A program made the position numbers and the translations under genes. A stretch of DNA of 64,000 nt from Octopus vulgaris (taxonomy: Eukaryota), in assembly GCA_951406725.2 (NCBI GenBank), contig OX597816.1:66464001-66528000 (forward strand), written 5' to 3'. Of this stretch, positions 13,710 through 26,845 are shown piece after piece (the first letter of the stretch is position 1; each line of letters starts with the position of its first letter). Below the pieces are notes generated by a model. It did no database searches. It saw only the letters and a list, made by a program, of their open reading frames with translations, and was not told the origin of the DNA.

Positions 13710-14521
13710 CTTGCGATCTAGATGAGTGACAGAGAAAAATGATTAAACAACAATCAACTTTCTTGTTAAAAGTTTTTGCATTAAACAAAACAAAAAAAAA
13801 AAACAAATTAAAAACCACAATAGCTATTTTTACATGATTAAATTACAAACTAAGATATTACAGATTAAGACAGACTTAAATATAAATTAATAAATAAAAA
13901 TATAATTAATGCTAGGTTTTCCCAATTCAAATAGACATAAGAATTAATGAAATCTTTTAATTTATCTTTTCCAAGTGGTTCCAAATGTCTGTCATTCAAA
14001 TTTCCTCTACATTTTCAATATTTAATACAATCAAATTAAATTTGGATATTCATGAATATTTATTAAAAAAAACATACTTCCTAATACTAACTACCATATT
14101 TAATGGCATAATAAAAAATGCACAGAGATATTAGATGCACTCCAATTTCAGTAGTATATATTCAGATAGTTTCAGTGCATTAAGCATGTAATATAGACCT
14201 AACTTCACATATAGGACCCAGGGCAATTTTTTGATACATATTTGGGGGGGGGGTGCATGTTTTGTGCTATGAAATCCAGTAGTATAACCATTACAGTGGT
14301 TGACAAATTTGGGATTACTTAACAGAGTGTTATAAATAAAGGTATTCCCAAGGGAGTACTGGGTATACTATTAATTCCTTGAAATTTCCTTGGGCTGTTA
14401 CTTCTTCGAGGTAATGTTATAAATACAGTTAATGTGTGCAGCCAAAGAGGTAGCAGACTGGAAAAGGATGAAAGTCAGGCAAGTGAGGATATTTACTTTT
14501 CCCACATACAAGTTCTTTATA

Positions 14522-15087
14522 GAGCGGTTGTATACTGTCAACTTAACGTGATAGTCCTGTAAAGGGAATCACACCACCGCTATTTAGCCCTAGGATGCAT
14601 CGATGCTTCCTGTCGGCTTTGACACATTTCCTGTGATTAGCTTTACGGGACTGTCAAGTTAAGTTGACAGTATACAACCGCTCTATCATTCCACCACTGC
14701 TCATATCTCTCTGAGATATTTAGAAATTTAATATTTCTAATTTTGGTGATCCGTGAATAAACTTCACTGAAAATATATTTGCGAAGGCTTTACAAGCATC
14801 TTCAGCTAGTAGGCCATGCTACTCCAGACTGATGACGAGCAAGACTCAGAAACATGCATGTCTCTGGATTCAGGCCTAGCTGTTGGGGTTGCTTGTCTCC
14901 CCTTCGTAAATATAAGGACACAGGAAATGTGTCAAAGCCGACAGGAAGCGTCAATGCTTCCTAGGGCTAAATAGCAGTGATGTGATTCCCTTTACGGGAC
15001 TGTCACATTAAGTTGACAGTATACAACCGCTCTATCGTTCCACCACTGCTCATATCTCTCTGAGATATTTAGAAATTTAATAATTCT
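14522..15087 (+). mobile_element. Penelope-like / retrozyme-like non-autonomous element
   Basis: 12-bp TSD aagttctttata (14510-14521, 15088-15099); 5' inverted copy 14519-14635 = revcomp of 14919-15035; direct repeat 14641-14740 / 14990-15089; contains a hammerhead. Confidence 0.8.
14823..14868 (+). ncRNA. Type I hammerhead ribozyme (minimal, palindromic stem III)
   Basis: tccaga CTGATGA cgag-caaga-ctca GAAA catgcatg TC tctgga: 6-bp stem I, intact core, GUC cleavage triplet. Confidence 0.85.
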
Positions 15088-15844
15088 AAGTTCTTTATAA
15101 TTTATGAAGAATTTTTTTTTAATATCAGAAACAAACAAAATAAACTTTACCATTAAATGTCTTTTGTGTGTGTGTGGTGTTAAAGTTTTGATGACTATGC
15201 ATAGTTATGACAATAACCATCACCAATATTAAATATCTGTCTTACAAACCAACAAGGGAATTTCCACTCAATCACCCAACTGCTAGAAATAGTAGCAAAA
15301 ATTCTTTCCATTCTCCCAAAATTCTCTTCAAGAAAACTCACATTAGACAACATAGACCTACACACCTCTAAAATAACAGGATGGTTACAATTAGGAAATT
15401 CAATCAAGGTTGAACTGAAGCTAAACAACAAAAGCAATCATCCATTTTATGTAACTAAAGCACAGTTTTGGAAGTCAATAACGTAAGTAGAAGTTATTAT
15501 ATACAAGGCCAACTCAGTCGACCATACCCCTTACTTTGCCTTTGTGCTAAGATTAGAAATCTTCATTATTATTAAGCACATCAGACAAAACACTTGGCAG
15601 CATTTTTTCTAGTTCTTTATAATCTGAGCTCAAATTCTGCTGAGGTTAACTTTGCCTTTCATTCTTTCAGGGTTGATAAAATAAGTACCAATTGAGTACT
15701 GGGGTCAATGCAATCGACTAGTCCCCTTCTCTGAAATGTAACAAAGGCCTTGTACCTATAGTAGAAAGAATTAACTTTTATTATCATCATGGTGAATATT
15801 ATAATTGGTACAATGCTGGATGGACAAAATACTCGGGAGTGTTA

Positions 15845-16022
15845 TTCTTTAACTTGTTTCAGTCATGTGACTGTGGCCATGCTGGAGCACCGCCGTTAGT
15901 CGAGCAAATCGACCCCAGGACTTATTCTATTGGTCTCTTTTGCCGACCCGCTAAGTTACGGGGACATAAACACACCAGCATCAGTTGTCAAGCAACGTTA
16001 GGGGGACAAACACTGATACACA

Positions 16023-16053
<31 letters not shown>

Positions 16054-16210
16054 GACAGGCTTCTTTCAGTTTCTGTCTAACAAATCCACTCATAAAGCTT
16101 TGGTCTGCCCAAGGCTATAGTGGAAGACATGCCCAAGGTGCCACACAGTGGGACTGAACCTGGAACCATGTGGTTCGTAAGCAAGCTACTTCCCACATAG
16201 CCACTCCTAC
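15845..16210 (-). mobile_element. SINE family A
   Basis: Reverse-complement match to 20868-21250. Confidence 0.8.
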
Positions 16211-17201
16211 ACCTTCTTTCTATTTTTGATCCTGAATTCAAATCCTTTTAGTTTCATCTTTAATTTCTGTCTTTCTAGATTCAAAAGAATAAATACTAGT
16301 CTAGTACTGGTTGCAATCCAATTGATTATACTCTTAGCCAAACAAAATTATGAATTTATGGCAATGTTAGAAATTAGCTGATGTTGCTTAGCTCCAAGTC
16401 AATCCTGATTGAGTAGACCTATGATCAAAAGCATTTCAAATGGGATCATCCTGTGATTTTTCTTTCCTCTTTTTATATACATTAAGATTATATTGGCCAA
16501 TGTGTCTCTTTTTTTTAAGAATGGTGGGGTCTGGGAATGAAAGAATTTGGCCACCATTTCTAATAGGTGAAACAATTATATAGAAATTCTCATGCTGGTT
16601 TGTATTGCTTTTTATTAATAGTTTTCAAGATTCGAATGAGTACATACATACATATGTACATATATACATACATACACACCTCTTTTAATCACCATGCAAA
16701 TTCACATCTTTCAAGTACACTAATTGCCATACAAAGTTATCTTTAATACTCTTATATCCATCCTAATCTCTGTCAGCACAATTTGAGGTTCTTAAGTTTA
16801 GTGTTTTTCAGATTACCATAAACACTTCCAACACAATATGCTACTGTTATTCATTTCTGTTTTTAACTGTTCTCTGTTTATATTAACCTAACTTTATTTT
16901 AATGCTATAAAACAATTCTAATTCAAGTGTGTATTTTTTTTCCTCCCCACCCCAGGTGGATTAAATTCTTGAACTGACAGAATAGACAAAAAGTTGTGTA
17001 GAAGTCATGTAGCTGATCTTGATAATCTCATGATACTGTTGCTACATGCAACATTCTATTTGCTTATGTGTTTAGAAAGTAACAGATCAGTTTCATTACT
17101 CAAGATTATATTCTGAAACTGAAAGTGGAAGCAGTCTGCAGATACTCACAGATCTAGGAATCAAAACAACACTGCAAATGCAGCTTCCTAGGAGCTTACT
17201 T

Positions 17202-18338
17202 TACAGTATTTTTGCAGTACTAAAACTAAAAAAAAAAAACTAGTGTAGAAACACTAGATTTTTTTTCTTCTTTTTAATATATATTATTTCATAACATGTA
17301 TAATACCTTCTATTTCATAATTAATAATTACCACTGTAGTTAAGGTTTCAAACTGACAGAATCGTTAGCACACCAGGCAAAGTGTTTAGCAGCATTTTGT
17401 CTCCACTGAAGTCAACAATGCCTTTCATCCTTTTGGGGTCAATAAAATAAGTACCAGTTGAACACTGGGATTGGTGTAGTCAACTTACATCTTGCCCCAT
17501 ATTTAATTTAAGTGTTTAATCAAAATATCTATATTTATTGAATGAACCATCGACTGTTGCCCTGGATACTCTTATGTACTATTAATACATCAATTATATT
17601 AACAGGAAAAATTTTTTAATCAGTTTGAAAAATTGTCAAAGTATAATTTCAAAAAGCAATTTCAAAAAAGAACTAATAACTAAATAGAAACCTTAAATTC
17701 TATACGCTACAGAAACACCACTACTGGTAACACAAATTGGAAAGAGAGGAACTACTTTATCCAAGCATTTTTTACTCATATAAATATATTTTCTTTCTAA
17801 TATCCACTTAAGGATGATATGGCTAATAGAGTAACAGCAAACATGCAAAGCAGTGTTTCAATATCTAAATTTTTGAGTGCAAAAAGTAATAATCATAAGA
17901 AATACCGACAGAGTAATTGACTACAGCTATATATATTTCTTTACTACCCACAAGGGGCTAAACACAGAGGGGAAAAACAAGGACAGACAAACGGATTAAG
18001 TCGATTACATCGACCCCAGTGCGTACAGTATTTTTGCAGTACTAAAACTAAAAAAAAAACTAGTAGATTTTTTTTTCTTCTTTTTAATATATATTATTTC
18101 ATAACATGTATAATACCTTCTATTTCATAATTAATAATTATCACTGTATTTAAGGTGGCAAACTGACAGAATCGTTAGCACACTAGGCAAAGTGTTTAGC
18201 AGCATTTTGTCCGTCTTTACACTTGGAGTTCAAATTCCGCTGAAGTCAACATTGCCTTTCATCCTTTTGGAGTCAATAAAATAAGTACCAGTTGAACACT
18301 GGGATTGGTGTAGTCAACTTACACCTTGCCCCATATTT
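17202..18338. repeat. Local ~300-bp direct duplication (17202-17503 and 18024-18338)
   Basis: Both start tacagtatttttgcagtactaaaactaaaa and run through unique sequence plus a SINE B to cccatattt. Confidence 0.9.
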
Positions 18339-19508
18339 GCTGGCCTTGTGCCAAAATCTGAAACCAATTACTGTCTTACTTTTAATTAAAATTTTATGCT
18401 CCATAAGCTAACAAGGAATTTAGCATTATTCATTTAACCCACGTCATTTTCTAAATCCTCAGTTTATCACAACTATATAAACTATTTCAGAATTAAGAAT
18501 TTTTATCCAGATTCTGAATATAAACTATTTCAGAATCTGAGCTTATAAATTCATCGATATCATAACATGAAGTATACTGTAAGGAAACTATTCACTCTAA
18601 GATAAAATTAAAGAGAAAGAAAATAGTTACATAGGGGACATAGCAAACATTCAGTAAAAATTATGCCTACATTATCAAATAAAGAAACTAACTAGGGACA
18701 CTTGTGCAGAACAGACTTTCTACCTAGACATAATATTGTTGGCTAGTTTAACATCCTCTCCTAGCCATTTGGTGTCTTTAGTAAGCTTAACTCTGTTGCA
18801 AGTATTTGGGGTCCAGTTTGAGGATAACTTCCTCCCACAAGTCTCAGAGACCTTGAAATAATTCTAAAGGTGCTACCCATCCTCCTCTGAATAACACTAC
18901 TTGCTTCAATATGTCGAACCAGGTGTTACAAATAATTTTAAAATAACAGAACTATACAAAATTGGCAAAAATCTCATTCTTTACCAGACTAGAAAACTAC
19001 CACAGAATGTCTTAGAAAAGTGTAATTCTGTAATTTGTTTTGTTTGCTTTTATGACCTTTTGTTTTTAAATGTATGTTTACAGAGCACAGACATGGCCAA
19101 ATGGTTAAAAAGTTTGTTTTGCAATTATGAGGTCCTAGGTTCAATCTCTTAGCCCACCACTGCCTAAGGCCAACATCATTTACCAAAGCCTTGAATCAAC
19201 CCAAGGCTTTTGAATGAAATTGGACTAATAGAAACCGTTTGAAATCCCACTGGATGGTCTATACTTGTAAGTGAAAGGGTCAGCCTTGCCTTGTCATACT
19301 GACAGTGCAGGAAAATTAATTATCTTTTATCGTTTCAGCCATTAGACTATGGCCATGCTGGAGTGCCACATTGAAGGGTTTACTCAATCGCAGTATTTAT
19401 TTACTTCTTTTTCTAAGCTTGATATTTATTCTATCAGTCTCTTTTTGCTGAACTGCTAAGCTCATTGCTCGTCAAGTGGTACTGGAGTATAAACAAAACT
19501 ACAAAGAT

Positions 19509-19539
<31 letters not shown>

Positions 19540-20217
19540 AGATCCATTTACTGAATACTACCAAACCCACAAAGACAGGCCTATAAAAAACATAAACCCA
19601 CTACATACATTTATGTTACTGTTGGAAATTGGAAATATAGATTCAATTCAAAGAATGAAAGAAATTTCTGCTTCCATGGCAATTCTTATTATAGCTATAC
19701 ACTAAACAGTGTTAAAATACCAACAGACAACCAGAATAGCAGAATACAATGCAAACACTGAAGTCAATGGATTTTCTTTCCATTATTGAAACTACATATT
19801 ATTCAAATTACAATGGATTCTGAAGAAACGTTAAAATTCCATGCATCACATGGTCTTATTTAGTCATCTTAATTGCGACAAGCACATATTGCCTCCGGTG
19901 AAAAGCAATGGTACCAGTTCTAATGATGGAATGCATGTAAAAGCATAAATATATCCTTTTCCTCGTTACTCATTGATCCAAATTATTTCACTCCGTATAT
20001 AAACATAGTAGAAAGAATTTGGGGAAACTGCAAGATACAGGCTATGCACGGTACCTTAGATTGGTCTTTTTTAAGAGTTATAAGCCTATCTTATTCCTCT
20101 GTGTGTACAAGAACAATCCAGTAGAGCCACTGCTATACTAAATTAAGCTATACTACTCTTGTTTAGACAACTACATGTTTTCTACTAAAAATAAGAAAAC
20201 AAAAGAAATTGTTAAAC

Positions 20218-21510
20218 AGGCCCAGGCATGTGTGTGTGGCAAGAAATTTGCTTCCTAATTACATGGTCCATGGTTCAGTTCCTCTGTGCAGCACCTTGAG
20301 CAAGTGTCTTCTACTATAGCCTTGGGTCAACCAAGAACCTTGTATGTGGATTTCAGAGACAGGGACTGAAAGAAGCCTGTAGTACACATACACATCTTTT
20401 AAATTTGTTTATGAGAAATGTTTTGAATATGCAAATAAAGCCTCTGTTCTATTATGCTGATCATGGTCTAATGATTCTGACTGGTAAACCAGTTTTTTGG
20501 GGTTGCATCGAGCTGTACCGATATAATGTAGGATAAATAGAATAATAATAACAATAATCCTTGGATGGAATTTATAAACATGTAATTGTGGAAATGTGTG
20601 TAGTAATGCATTGAATGTTTATAAATTCCATCCAAAGATTATTGTTATTATGTGTGTTTGTGTGTGTTGTTTGTCCCCCACTACCACTTGACAACCAATG
20701 TTGTTGTGTTTACATCCCCACAATTTGGCAAAAAGAGACCAGTAGAATAAGAACTAGGCTTGAAAAGAGAAAAAGTAATGGGGTCAATTCAATCGACTAA
20801 AATTTCTTCAAGGCAGTGCCCCATCATGGCCGCAGTCTAATAACTGAAAAAAGATAAAAGATACATATAGGCACAGGAGTGGCTATGTGGTAAGTAGCTT
20901 GCTTACCAACCACATGGTTCCCAGTTCAGTCCCACTGCGTAGCACCTTGGGCAAGTGTCTTCTACTATAGCCTCGGGCCGACCAAAGCCTTGTGAGTGGA
21001 TTTGGTAGACGGAAACTGAAAGGAACCCGTCGTATATATGTACATGTATATATATATGCGTTTGTCCCCCCAACATCGCTTGACAACCGATGCTGGTGTG
21101 TTTACGTCCCCGTAACTTAGCGGTTTAGCAAAAGAAACCGATAGAATAAGTACTAGGCTGACAAAGAATAAGTCCTGGGGCTGATTTGCTCAACTAAAGG
21201 CGGTGCTCCAGCATGGCCACAGTCAAATGACTGAAACAAGTAAAAGAGTTAAGATACATATAGGCACAGGCATGGCTGTGTGGTTAAGAAGCTCACTTTG
21301 CAACCATGAGGTTTTGGGTTCAGTCACACTGTACAGCATGTGCCTCACACAGGGCCAACTAATGCCTTGTGAGTGAATCAGGTTGACTGTGTATTGAAAC
21401 TCATGTATGTGTTTGTGTGTCTGCCCTTGTGAACGTCTGTCCCACCACTTGACAATAGGTGATGGTTTGTTTACATCTTCATAATTTAATGGTTCAGTAA
21501 AAGAAACCAA
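20218..21510 (+). mobile_element. Three head-to-tail SINE family A copies; 20868-21250 is full length and young
   Basis: tRNA-like head (gtggct..tggtaag A-box, gttcagtccc B-box), ccttgggcaagtgtctt core, central microsatellite, tail tgactgaaacaagtaaaag. Confidence 0.85.
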
Positions 21511-22611
21511 GAGACCAATAGAAAAAGGACCAAACCCATACTTGAAGCATTGTTGCTTGTTTGTGTTCTCTTTTATTCTGATTTCTATTTGTATTATATC
21601 TTTTTTTTTTTTTAGTTTTTTTAGTTTACAGTTATAAAGGATCATCACTGTTATTTAGTTAGTATTCAGAGTCAAAACAAACAAAATATTTTGTTAGTAA
21701 CCAAAATGTTTCCAAACAAAATAAAGGGTAATAAGTAGTTAACAAAAGCAAATAAAAAACAGAGTTAGAAAAACAAACAAACAAACAAAAAAATGCAAAT
21801 AACCAAAGTAAATTAAAATAAAATAAAATGGTAGAAGCCGCCAAGCAGGAGGAGACGGGAGAAGGGTAGTGGAAAGTGAGAGTATGAGAAGCAGCTAAAT
21901 AAGTGTAAAGTTTTAACAGAAGATACTCACATATTGAAAGAATCATTGGGTGCGATTTAGGTTAAACCTGGCACCCAGTAAATACACAGAGATAATAAAA
22001 GAGAGAAAGACAGCTTCAAGTGACAAGAATCTCTTCCCAGAATTGATGTACACCAGCTAGCCAGTAAGGCAGAGATAAATCAGAGATTGTTGACCAACAG
22101 CACCACATGGTAGCAGAGTAGCTGGACATTGTACACCTGTGGAGTTACAATGTGAGGGGAACAAGACATCAACAAGGTGTGGTTACTGTTATAAATATAT
22201 TTGTAAATATGGTGTACTACGTAAGTTGTTTCAGTGAGCAATGGTAGTTAATTCATCATTGATGCATTATACACACACACACACACACATGCATGCATAC
22301 ACAAACTCATATAATACACAGTGGGGGATTAAGAGGAGAAAAGAAGGAAAGAGGAATAGTGTGTGTATGTAAGTTGGAGGGTGGGGGGAATCCAACAATA
22401 AATAACATAATTAACGGAAAATACTCTGAAAATTTTTTTAATATTCTGATGAAATATAGACATAAATATTTGTTAGTTGGGTGTGTGGATGCTTAGTATT
22501 TGATACAAAAACAACAAAAACATTAAAACAAACAAATCACATAGTTCATAAAAGATAAGCCAGTTTTCATAGTGTGTGTGTATGTGTATGCATATATACG
22601 CATACATACAT

Positions 22612-22642
<31 letters not shown>

Positions 22643-23416
22643 AAGAGAGCATTTACACAAAACCTCTGGATAGTGTAAACAAACATTAAGATTCTACTGT
22701 CCTGATAACCCTAATAGATATTTAACAATCGTTCCAAGATAAAACCAGAAGTAATAATCAATCATCATCTTCAATACTCATCACTTGCTTTTTTTCGTGG
22801 TGGAATAGGGTTAGAAAAAGTGGTGAGCTGGCAGAATCGTTAGTGCATCAGACAAAATGCTTAGTAGCATATCTCCCGACCCTTTACATTCTGAGTTCAA
22901 ATCCCATCAATGCCTGCTTTGCCTTTCATCTCTTGGAGACTGATGAAATAAAGTGCCAGTCAAATACTGGAATCAGTGTCCCCTGCTGTCGTGATTATTG
23001 GATTTGGACCCTACAACAGACCAGCGTTTCATTCAGGGCAATGTTGTGGTCTCAGTCACTCAATCATGACAGAAACTGAGTAACCAGCTTTATGAGTCCT
23101 AGGGATCAAAGGGTAAAGAATAGGGTTGGAAAGGCATGTATCAACACTTGTCTTGATTCTGTATCATCTCAATCTTGAGATCCAACATCTTTAGCTCTGA
23201 CCTCAACACACCGTCCCAGGTTTCCAGTCAGTCATCCTCTGTTGTGTTTTCACCCTTGTATTTACCTTCAATTGCCAGCACACAATACTCTCTTATCCAG
23301 CACTCATTACCCATTCATAACAAATGTTCATAAGTCTCTGCATATACCTCAGCTGATACCTGTAACAAGCAGTTACACTCACAGTTACCCTGTATGCTGC
23401 ATTACATACCAATTAA

Positions 23417-24073
23417 TATTCTTTTCTACTCTAAGCACAAGGACCGAAATTTGGGGGGAGGTGGTGGGGCCAGTCAATTAGAGCGACCCCAGTACACAAC
23501 TGGTACTTAATTCGTCAACCCTGAAAGTATGAAAGGTAAAGTTGACCTCAGTGAAATTTGAACTCAGAACATAAAGACAGATGAAATATCTATTTCTTTA
23601 CTACCCATAAGGGACTAAACACAGAGGGGACAAACAAGGACAGACAAATGGAGTAAGTCGATTACATCGACCCCAGCATAACTGGTGCTTTAATTTATCG
23701 ACCCCGAAAGGATGAAAGCAAAGTCGACCTCGGCAGAATTTGAACTCAGAACATAACGGCAGACGAAATACCACTAAGCATTTTGCCCGGTGCACTAATG
23801 TCTCTGCCAGCTCGCCACCTTGACAGATGAAATATCGCTAAGCTTTTCACCCGGCATACTAACGATTCTTATTTCTTTATTGCCCACAAGGGGCTAAACA
23901 TAGAGGGGACAGACGAAGGAATTAAGTCGATTACATCAACCCTAGTATATAACTGGTACTTTAATTTATCGACCCCGAAAGGATGAAAAGCAAAGTCAAC
24001 CTCGGCTGAATTTGAACTCAAAATGTAAAGACAGACGAAATACCGCTAAGCATTTCGCCCAGCTCGCCACCTT
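23417..24073 (-). mobile_element. Nested cluster of three SINE family B copies
   Basis: Copy 23591-23821 is flanked by a 15-bp TSD gacagatgaaatatc inside an older copy; third copy from about 23870. Confidence 0.85.
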
Positions 24074-24337
24074 CATACAATTAATATTATACACACAACA
24101 GACTATATCTGACCCATTTCTCTTTCAAATGAACTTTATGAAACATACTTTATGACCAACAGAAGTTATTGGATTTAAACTCTTAACTACTGACTATTGT
24201 TATTCATCTTATCTCATCAAACTGTTACACCATATGTAATCGAGTTAATTTCACAGATGTCTTGTATCAATATGTATAAATAAACAGGAAGCAGATTTTC
24301 CCAATATTTATGTTTAAATCATAGCTAAACTAAGTGA

Positions 24338-24475
24338 AGGCATGGCTTTGTGGTAAGAAGTTGGCTTCCCAACCAAATGGCATCTTGGGCAAGTATCTTC
24401 TGCTATAACCCCAGGTTGACCAAAACCTCATGAGCAGATTTGGTAGACAGAAACCGAAGGAAGCCTGTCATGTGC

Positions 24476-24524
<49 letters not shown>

Positions 24525-24720
24525 TTCATGTATGTGTGTATGAGTCTTTGTGCTTGTCCCCCACCACTGTTTGGCAAGTGTTGGTTTGTTTACATTCCTT
24601 TAACTTAGCAATTTGGAAGAAGAGTAAGAATAAGTATTGGGTTGATCTGCTCCACTAAACTCTTCAAGGCAGTGCCCCAGCATGGCTATAGTACAATGAC
24701 TGAAGCAAGTAAAAGATAAA
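24338..24720 (+). mobile_element. SINE family A (older copy)
   Basis: Homology to 20868-21250. Confidence 0.7.
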
Positions 24721-25111
24721 CTACAGCCAGTATACCAAGTTGGTGGGAACAGTGATAACACAAGACTAAATACTTTTTATTATTTAGTTTCATCAAAGTG
24801 ACTGAGCTGGCCAAATTGTTAGCATCACACCAGACAAAATGCATGGCAGCATTTCACGTGTTTTTACGTTCTGAGTTCATATACCATTTAGGTTGACTTT
24901 GCCTTTCATCCTTTCAGGGTCGATAAAATAAGTACCAGTTGAACAAGAGTCGAGGTAATAAACTAAACCCCTCGCCCAAAATTTCAGACTTTGTGCCTAT
25001 AATGGAAAGGATTGTTTAGTTTCATTACTGGACGTTCTGAGTTTAAAGTAAATCTTTCTTAACTTTGCCTTTCAACTCTCTGGATTTGATATCTATTATA
25101 TTAAAGTGTTA

Positions 25112-25410
25112 TGTGGAGGCACATGGCCTAGTGGTTAGAGCAGCAGACTCACGGTCGAGGGATTGCAGGTTCAAATCTCAGACCGGACGATGTGTGTGTT
25201 TATGAGTGAAACACCTAAGCTCCATGCGGCTCCGGCAGAAGGGGTGAACTTCTGCTGACTCTTTCACCACAACTTTCTCTCACTCTTTCCTCCTGCATCT
25301 TGCAGCTCACCTGTGATGGACTGGCATTCTATCCAGGTGGGGAACCTATACGCCAAGGAAACCGGGAAACCGGCCCTACGAGCCAGGCGTGGCTTGAGAA
25401 GGAACAAAAG
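25112..25410 (+). mobile_element. SINE family C (tRNA-derived)
   Basis: tggcctagtggttagagcagcagactc..ggttcaaatc A/B boxes; homologous to 55826-56125(+) and 52765-52950(-). Confidence 0.75.
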
Positions 25411-26589
25411 AGAGAGAATATTAAAGTGTTAATGATAAATTCCTATGTTGTAAAAATCTGTCATGCTGTGAAAAGGGAATGGTACATTTGTGTGAGTGAG
25501 AGAGAGATCCAAATGAATGTTACTAGCCTGCGCACATACACATAAACACACAGTGATGCTAGTTAGCTGTGTGCATGTCTGTGAGAGAGAAAGGGTATAT
25601 GCATATGTGTCCATGCCATTAACATTTATTTGAGAGGTAACTAAAAGAGGACTTTTATTAAAAATATAGTTTATCCTCAAGTTAATTATTCAAGTTATTT
25701 GTTGTATATATGTAGTTTGTATATATTATGTGTGTAAGTGTGTGTGTGTATATATAGTTTATGAATATAACATTTAAAATGTCATATAGATCTATAATAC
25801 TTGGTGGTTGTTTCTAATTAAACTTTAGGATATCCATGGGGGTCAATTAGTATCATATAATCTTCGACACACCTTTGTAAATAGTTACAAGAAATCATTT
25901 TATAGATAAACTTAGTCATATATCTGCACAATATTACTAAAACAAGGATGAACATGAATTTTTTAATGAATAGAACCTTATCAGCAATAGTTTAAGATTT
26001 TGACCTCTTCACAAAAAAAAACAATAAAATAAAAGAATTCACTATTATAAAAGTTAAGCTTGTGATATGAGTAACATCTACCAATGCCTAGTACCAGAAG
26101 TCAAAGTAAAGTACTCAGTCCTACTGAGTGGCACTTTGGGCAAGTGTCTTCTACAACAGCCCTGGGCTGAGCAAAACCTCATGAGTGGATCTGGTAGACA
26201 GAAACTGGAAGAAGCCTGTCATATATTTGTATATGAGTGTGTGTGTCTGACTGTCTGTATTTTTGTGTTTGTTACACACCACAACTTGACAACTGGTGCT
26301 AGTTTATTTATATCCCCTTAACTTAGTGGTCCAGCAAAAGGGATCGCTAAAACAATGTCAGGCTTCAAAAAAAATAGTACTAGGGTCAATTTATTTGACT
26401 AAGCCCTTTGAGGTGGTGCCCAATTATGGCTGCAGTTCAACAACTGAAACAAGTAAAATATAAAAAAAGATCTGCAATATACCATGAAATATTTTTCCTA
26501 AGCTCTAATGTTTCTCCTAATAATAATAATTTTTTAGTCATAAAGATGATAATAGTAATAATAAAAATTACTAGCAATCTCCAAGGCAT

Positions 26590-26845
26590 AAGTCCAGGCA
26601 AGGTTGTTTATGGAAGACCAGCAGTCACCCATGCATACCAGCCTCCCCTCTTTATGCCAATGATGTTATCCAAGGGAAAGGCAAAGACCAATACAGCTTG
26701 GCACCAGTGACGTTGCAACTCATTTCTACAGCTGAGTGAACTGAAGCAATGTGAAATAAAATGTGTTGCTCAAGAACACAACACAGCCTGGTCTGGGAAT
26801 CAAACTCACTACCTCATGATTGTGAGACCGACACTCTAACCACCA
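26590..26845 (-). mobile_element. SINE family D
   Basis: Reverse-complement match to 57972-58306. Confidence 0.75.

Noticed and set aside
13609-13818. 69-aa ORF overlapping the VPS13D exon
   Set aside because: Wrong frame; the real exon is bounded by splice sites in another frame
21931-21967. Possible 37-nt minus-strand UTR micro-exon (cag|...|gtgagt)
   Set aside because: Splice-like motifs alone are common; no independent support
25112-25190. tRNA-like sequences at SINE heads
   Set aside because: No complete cloverleaf; they continue into SINE bodies
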